This document shows, one piece after another, positions 60,090-64,000 of a stretch of DNA of 64,000 bases (the first letter of the stretch is position 1; every line of letters starts with the position of its first letter). The stretch is from assembly GCF_009914755.1 (NCBI RefSeq), contig NC_060929.1. One strand, 5' to 3'. The notes beneath the pieces were generated by a model, which saw only the letters and a program-made list of their open reading frames with translations, had not been told where the DNA came from and did no database searches. Source of the stretch: the human T2T-CHM13v2.0 reference genome, Homo sapiens. The position numbers and the translations under genes are program-made.

Positions 60090-60949
60090 GCATAGACTGT
60101 CAGCTGCCAAGCAGCTTGACAGGCAATTCCATCTTTCTCGTTGGAAGGATATATTTTGCTCTCTTCAATCGGTTGAACTCACTGGAGATTGTGCACTGGC
60201 TAAGGGTATATCTTAGTGTAGACAGTGAGTGACCTGCTACTAGCTATCTCCTCCTTATCTTCATCCTCCCTCTGAAGAAAGGGGTCAATGGCAATGGAAA
60301 CTGACTTAGATATCTGCCCAGTAGAGATTTGGTACTGAGAAATCCACTGTTGGGGGCTTCAATTTAACTTGCAGTTGTGTTAAGATCAGTTCAAACATGT
60401 GTATGTTGCTGAATATATACACAAATTGGCATTGATAACCTGCATTTTACCTCATCTTTGAAAATCTTTAGTAAGAATTTGGCTTGCTCAGTCTAAATGT
60501 GTGGGGGTATATGGCTTACAGTTTGATTTTCACTGCACGCAATTGAGTTCTGTGGAGCCACGTTTCACTTGGTAACTGAGCACCCAAATAAAAGTGGTTT
60601 TTTTTCCTTCAAACTAAACAGGCAAACAAAACTACCCTTGAGCTAAAAGGAATTGAATGCCTGCAATCTTCAATGCCATGAACCCATTAAAACTCCCACT
60701 TGCTATTCCATGTATCCAATCAGTAAGGTGCAAATCAACCATCATACATTTCTCTGCCTGGGAAGCAGTGTGCATTTCTGTGTAATCAGAAGTGTGTTAC
60801 AAGTGAAACTTAGTCACCTGCTTTTCCAGAGGTGTACTCTCTTAGGAAAGTGAGAGAGAAAAGCAGCTTTAAAAATAGGTCCAACAAAAAAGAAACAGGC
60901 ATGCAAGTTGGATAGTAATAATAGATTATTAGCTATGCAAGGGAGGGTT

Positions 60950-61090
60950 GGGGTCAACTGATCCAATCTTGTTATTTTACAGGGGAGAAAGCCTCAGAGA
61001 AGCTAAGTCCCCTGCCAAGGTCATTGAACTAAATAGGGCAGACCTGGAATTCGGGACTTCTGTCTTCTAGGCCAGTGCTGTTTTCATGAT
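60950..61090. mobile_element. MIR
   Basis: attttacaggggagaaagcctcagagaagctaagtcccctgccaaggtca. Confidence 0.6.
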
Positions 61091-61589
61091 GCCTTATACT
61101 TAATAATTAAACTCTTATACCTGATTTATGTTCAATGTCCTTGGCAAGTCTTGAAATAGATTATACCTCTCTTAGGTTTCATCTCTTCTCCTGGGGAGAA
61201 AACATATCCTTTCAGTGGAAAGCAGGGAAGCTTATGGAAATATCATTTTTAACTCCTCAGACAGAATTTGAAAGTCAGATGTTAAGCCGGCATCAGCAAA
61301 ACCAGGGTCAGGGTATGCAAAGGGGATGCTAGCACTGAAATTGTTTTTGTATCTCACATCCTTAGCTTTATTATTGGGAATCTTTGATTAATGTCCAAAT
61401 TCAGGATATAGCATCATTTCAACAATTTTATGAAGACTTGTTGGCCACAAAGATGAGAAATTCAGTCTTGCACAACTTAAAGGAGATTATTAAAATAACA
61501 TAATAATTAGTGTCATATATTCAAAGATAGGGAATGATATACTACCAAGCCTAGGGGATGGAAACTGAAGCATTCTCAGAGGACCCTAT

Positions 61590-62900
61590 AGTCAGTAAGT
61601 AAAAAAATTTACTAAGTACCTGTTATAGACCAGGTACTTGGGGACACGAGACCAAAAATCTTAAAGTCATTACCTCAAGGTACCGACATTGCAATAGGCT
61701 ATTCAGACAGTAAACATGCAAATGAATAAATAGATTATTTTCAGATCCTAATAAGTGCTGTGAAGAAAATAAAATAGGGAAATATGATAGATAGTAGTGG
61801 AGGAGGAGTTCTACTTTGGCTAAGATGGTCAGGAAAGGCCTTTCTGAGGAGGTGACATTTGAATTATGAAAGGAAGGCAGGGGAAGGATCCTAGGGAAGA
61901 CACTTCCAACTGGAAGAAACAATAAGTGCATTTGCCTTCAAACAAAACTGAACTTGAAATGTATGCAGGATGAAAATAAGGGTGGTAGAGTTCAAATGTG
62001 AGAATTGAGGAGTAGAGATAAGATCAAGGAAGTGAGCCAAGAACAGATCATGCGGGGCCTTCTACACCTTGCTAAGAGTTTGTATTTTAATTTTAATTTG
62101 GACTCAGTGGAAATTCATTAAAGAATGATAAGCATAATAGTAGCCAATTTTGCTGCTATTTGTAGAATGGACTATTGTTTTAAGGCTGTTGCTAAAATTT
62201 TCTGGGAGATGATGATGAGGTGGTGGTGAAGAATTGGTGAGGGGCAGTCAAATTCAGGATAAGTTTTGAAATTTGAGCTTGCTGGACTTGCTGATGTGTT
62301 AGATATGGAATAATCAGGGAAGGAGAAGAATTAAGGATAACTTGTAAGACTTTTGACCTGAATGACTGAGTGAATATTTGTGCCATTTATTGAAAGGAGG
62401 CAGACTAGGAAGGTGTGGAGTGGGGAATCAAAAATTCTTTTTTGGCCATGGTAAAGGTGAGGTAATTGTTAAAGAGCCATGGGAAGATGTTGAATAGGTA
62501 GTTGGATATTTGAATGTGGCATTCAGGGACAAATTAAGACTGGCAATGAAAAATTGAGTTGTCAGAATGTGTTTACAGTGTTTAAAACAAAGGTATTGGA
62601 GGAGACTATCTAGGAAGAGAATATAGAGATGAGAAGAGAGTCAAAGGCAGAATCCCAGAGGCATAACAGTGGTTAGAAGAAACTGCCAGCAAAGGAGATA
62701 AAAGGATAAACTAAAGAAGGTAGGAGGAAGCCTGGAGTCATAAAACTGTGAAAAAGTGATTTCAAGAAGAAATATCAACTCTATCAAATGCTGCTGAGAG
62801 GTCAAGTAAGCTGAGGACATTTGCGGTCATTTATGACTATAATAAGAGTTGTTTCTCTTATACAAAAGTCCTCATTGCATTGTGTTGGGAAGACAATTGG
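61590..62900 (-). mobile_element. L2a remnant, ~1.3 kb
   Basis: aaaatttactaagtacctgttatagaccagg...gtcaggaaaggcctttctgaggaggtgacatttga...tcaaatgctgctgagaggtcaagtaag. Confidence 0.8.
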
Positions 62901-62911
62901 AGGCAAGGAAA

Positions 62912-63027
62912 CATCTTTCACCACATATGGTAATATTCATTCTTTTGCCATATCAGGTAATCACCATAGGTTCTAGGGATTAGGATGTAGACATATCTTT
63001 TTTTGGGACCACCATCTAACCCACTAT
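62912..63027 (-). mobile_element. MLT1 LTR terminal fragment
   Basis: ggttctagggattaggatgtagacatatcttttttgggaccaccatctaacccacta. Confidence 0.6.
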
Positions 63028-64000
63028 GGAAAACTACTTGAAAACTTAAAACTGTTTTTCAGGACTTTCCTCTTTTTATAAATTTCTAAAGGATAAGAAT
63101 TGGGAGACAAGATACAAATATTAAAGTCAAAATTTGTGTTGAATCATTCTCTGAATAACCATCTCATCAAAAGGATTTGTGGTAATTTAAATTTATTAAC
63201 TAAGAGTCCTGCTGAGCGCTAGCACTAATTGGCACCCTTTGGGTTACGTGCCAAAAGATGCATTTGAACCAAACCTGTTTTCTTCCTGTTGAACATCTAT
63301 ACAAGAACATACATCTATATGTTCTTCCTGTTGAACATACAGGATGGAACCAACAAATAAGTGTGGAAGAGAAATTGACTATATAGGTATTTTTCCATCT
63401 AATCTGGGCTTTATGAGATGTAATCAATTTATTAAAGAAGCAATCTGCTGTTACCTTGCTGTCCTTGTCAATCAAAAAGGGAAAAAAAGTATAAAAATAG
63501 AAAGTACCTTCTGGGCTTAGAAGAGGATGAGAAAAAATATTTGTAGCTTTATTAAGGCTGTTAGAGTTATTTCCTTTGTGACGTTGTGTGTTTGTGAAAT
63601 TCCCTCATTTTGCCCTCTTAGCTTGTGAAAGCAGTTACACTGCTGTCCTTCAGTCAGCCTTTCTTGGTGAAATCTCCCTCTTAGATAGCTGTTCTTGTCA
63701 GTGTATTTTCCTCCAGTCATCCAACCCCCAGATCCTGTGCACTAAATTAGAAAAGAGGAATTATTCTAAGTGTTCTGTTAATAACTGTGTCTTCAGGGAC
63801 GACTAAAAACCCCAGTTTTTTTCCTTTGAGAAGCACTGTCCTCATGTTTACATCTAGTTTGTCTAATTAGACTTTAGATTAAACAGGGGCCTTGTTTATT
63901 CTGCAGTCTGTGGAGCATTTAGCAGTGTCTACAATGACTAGATCCACTTCTTTTGCCCCTGTTCTTACCCATGGGAACATGAATGGGCTGTAGGAATTGT

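Noticed and set aside
63304-63325. AGAACA...TGTTCT as a steroid receptor element
   Set aside because: The spacer is 10 nt rather than 3; explained by the local templated duplication.

Overview
Primate, most likely human or great-ape, non-coding DNA (intergenic or deep intronic), AT-rich and roughly two-thirds interspersed repeats by eye. I cannot support any host protein-coding gene, RNA gene or CRISPR array; the long ORFs are all L1, Alu or LTR-derived. Main elements: a nearly full-length old L1MA-type LINE (minus, ~876-7360), a partial MER52-type ERV1 LTR, a full-length L1PA3-type LINE (plus, 8765-14928), a full-length L1PA8-type LINE (minus, 36500-42939, perfect 16-bp TSD), a 5'-truncated L1PA16-type LINE, nine Alus, several MaLR/ERVL LTRs, DNA-transposon MITEs, and MIR/L2 relics. 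Subfamily names come from recalled diagnostic motifs, not a database search, and boundaries of old repeats are approximate. Most notable structures: (1) a ~500-bp stem-loop cassette at an Alu 5' junction, made of ~165-bp inverted arms enclosing a copy of sequence from 1.1 kb upstream; (2) a ~430-bp 3' transduction carried by the L1PA3, shown by its displaced TSD; (3) two pre-miRNA-sized fold-back hairpins and several small templated-duplication scars. I see no convincing evidence for a new biological system; these look like retrotransposition and repair footprints worth checking.
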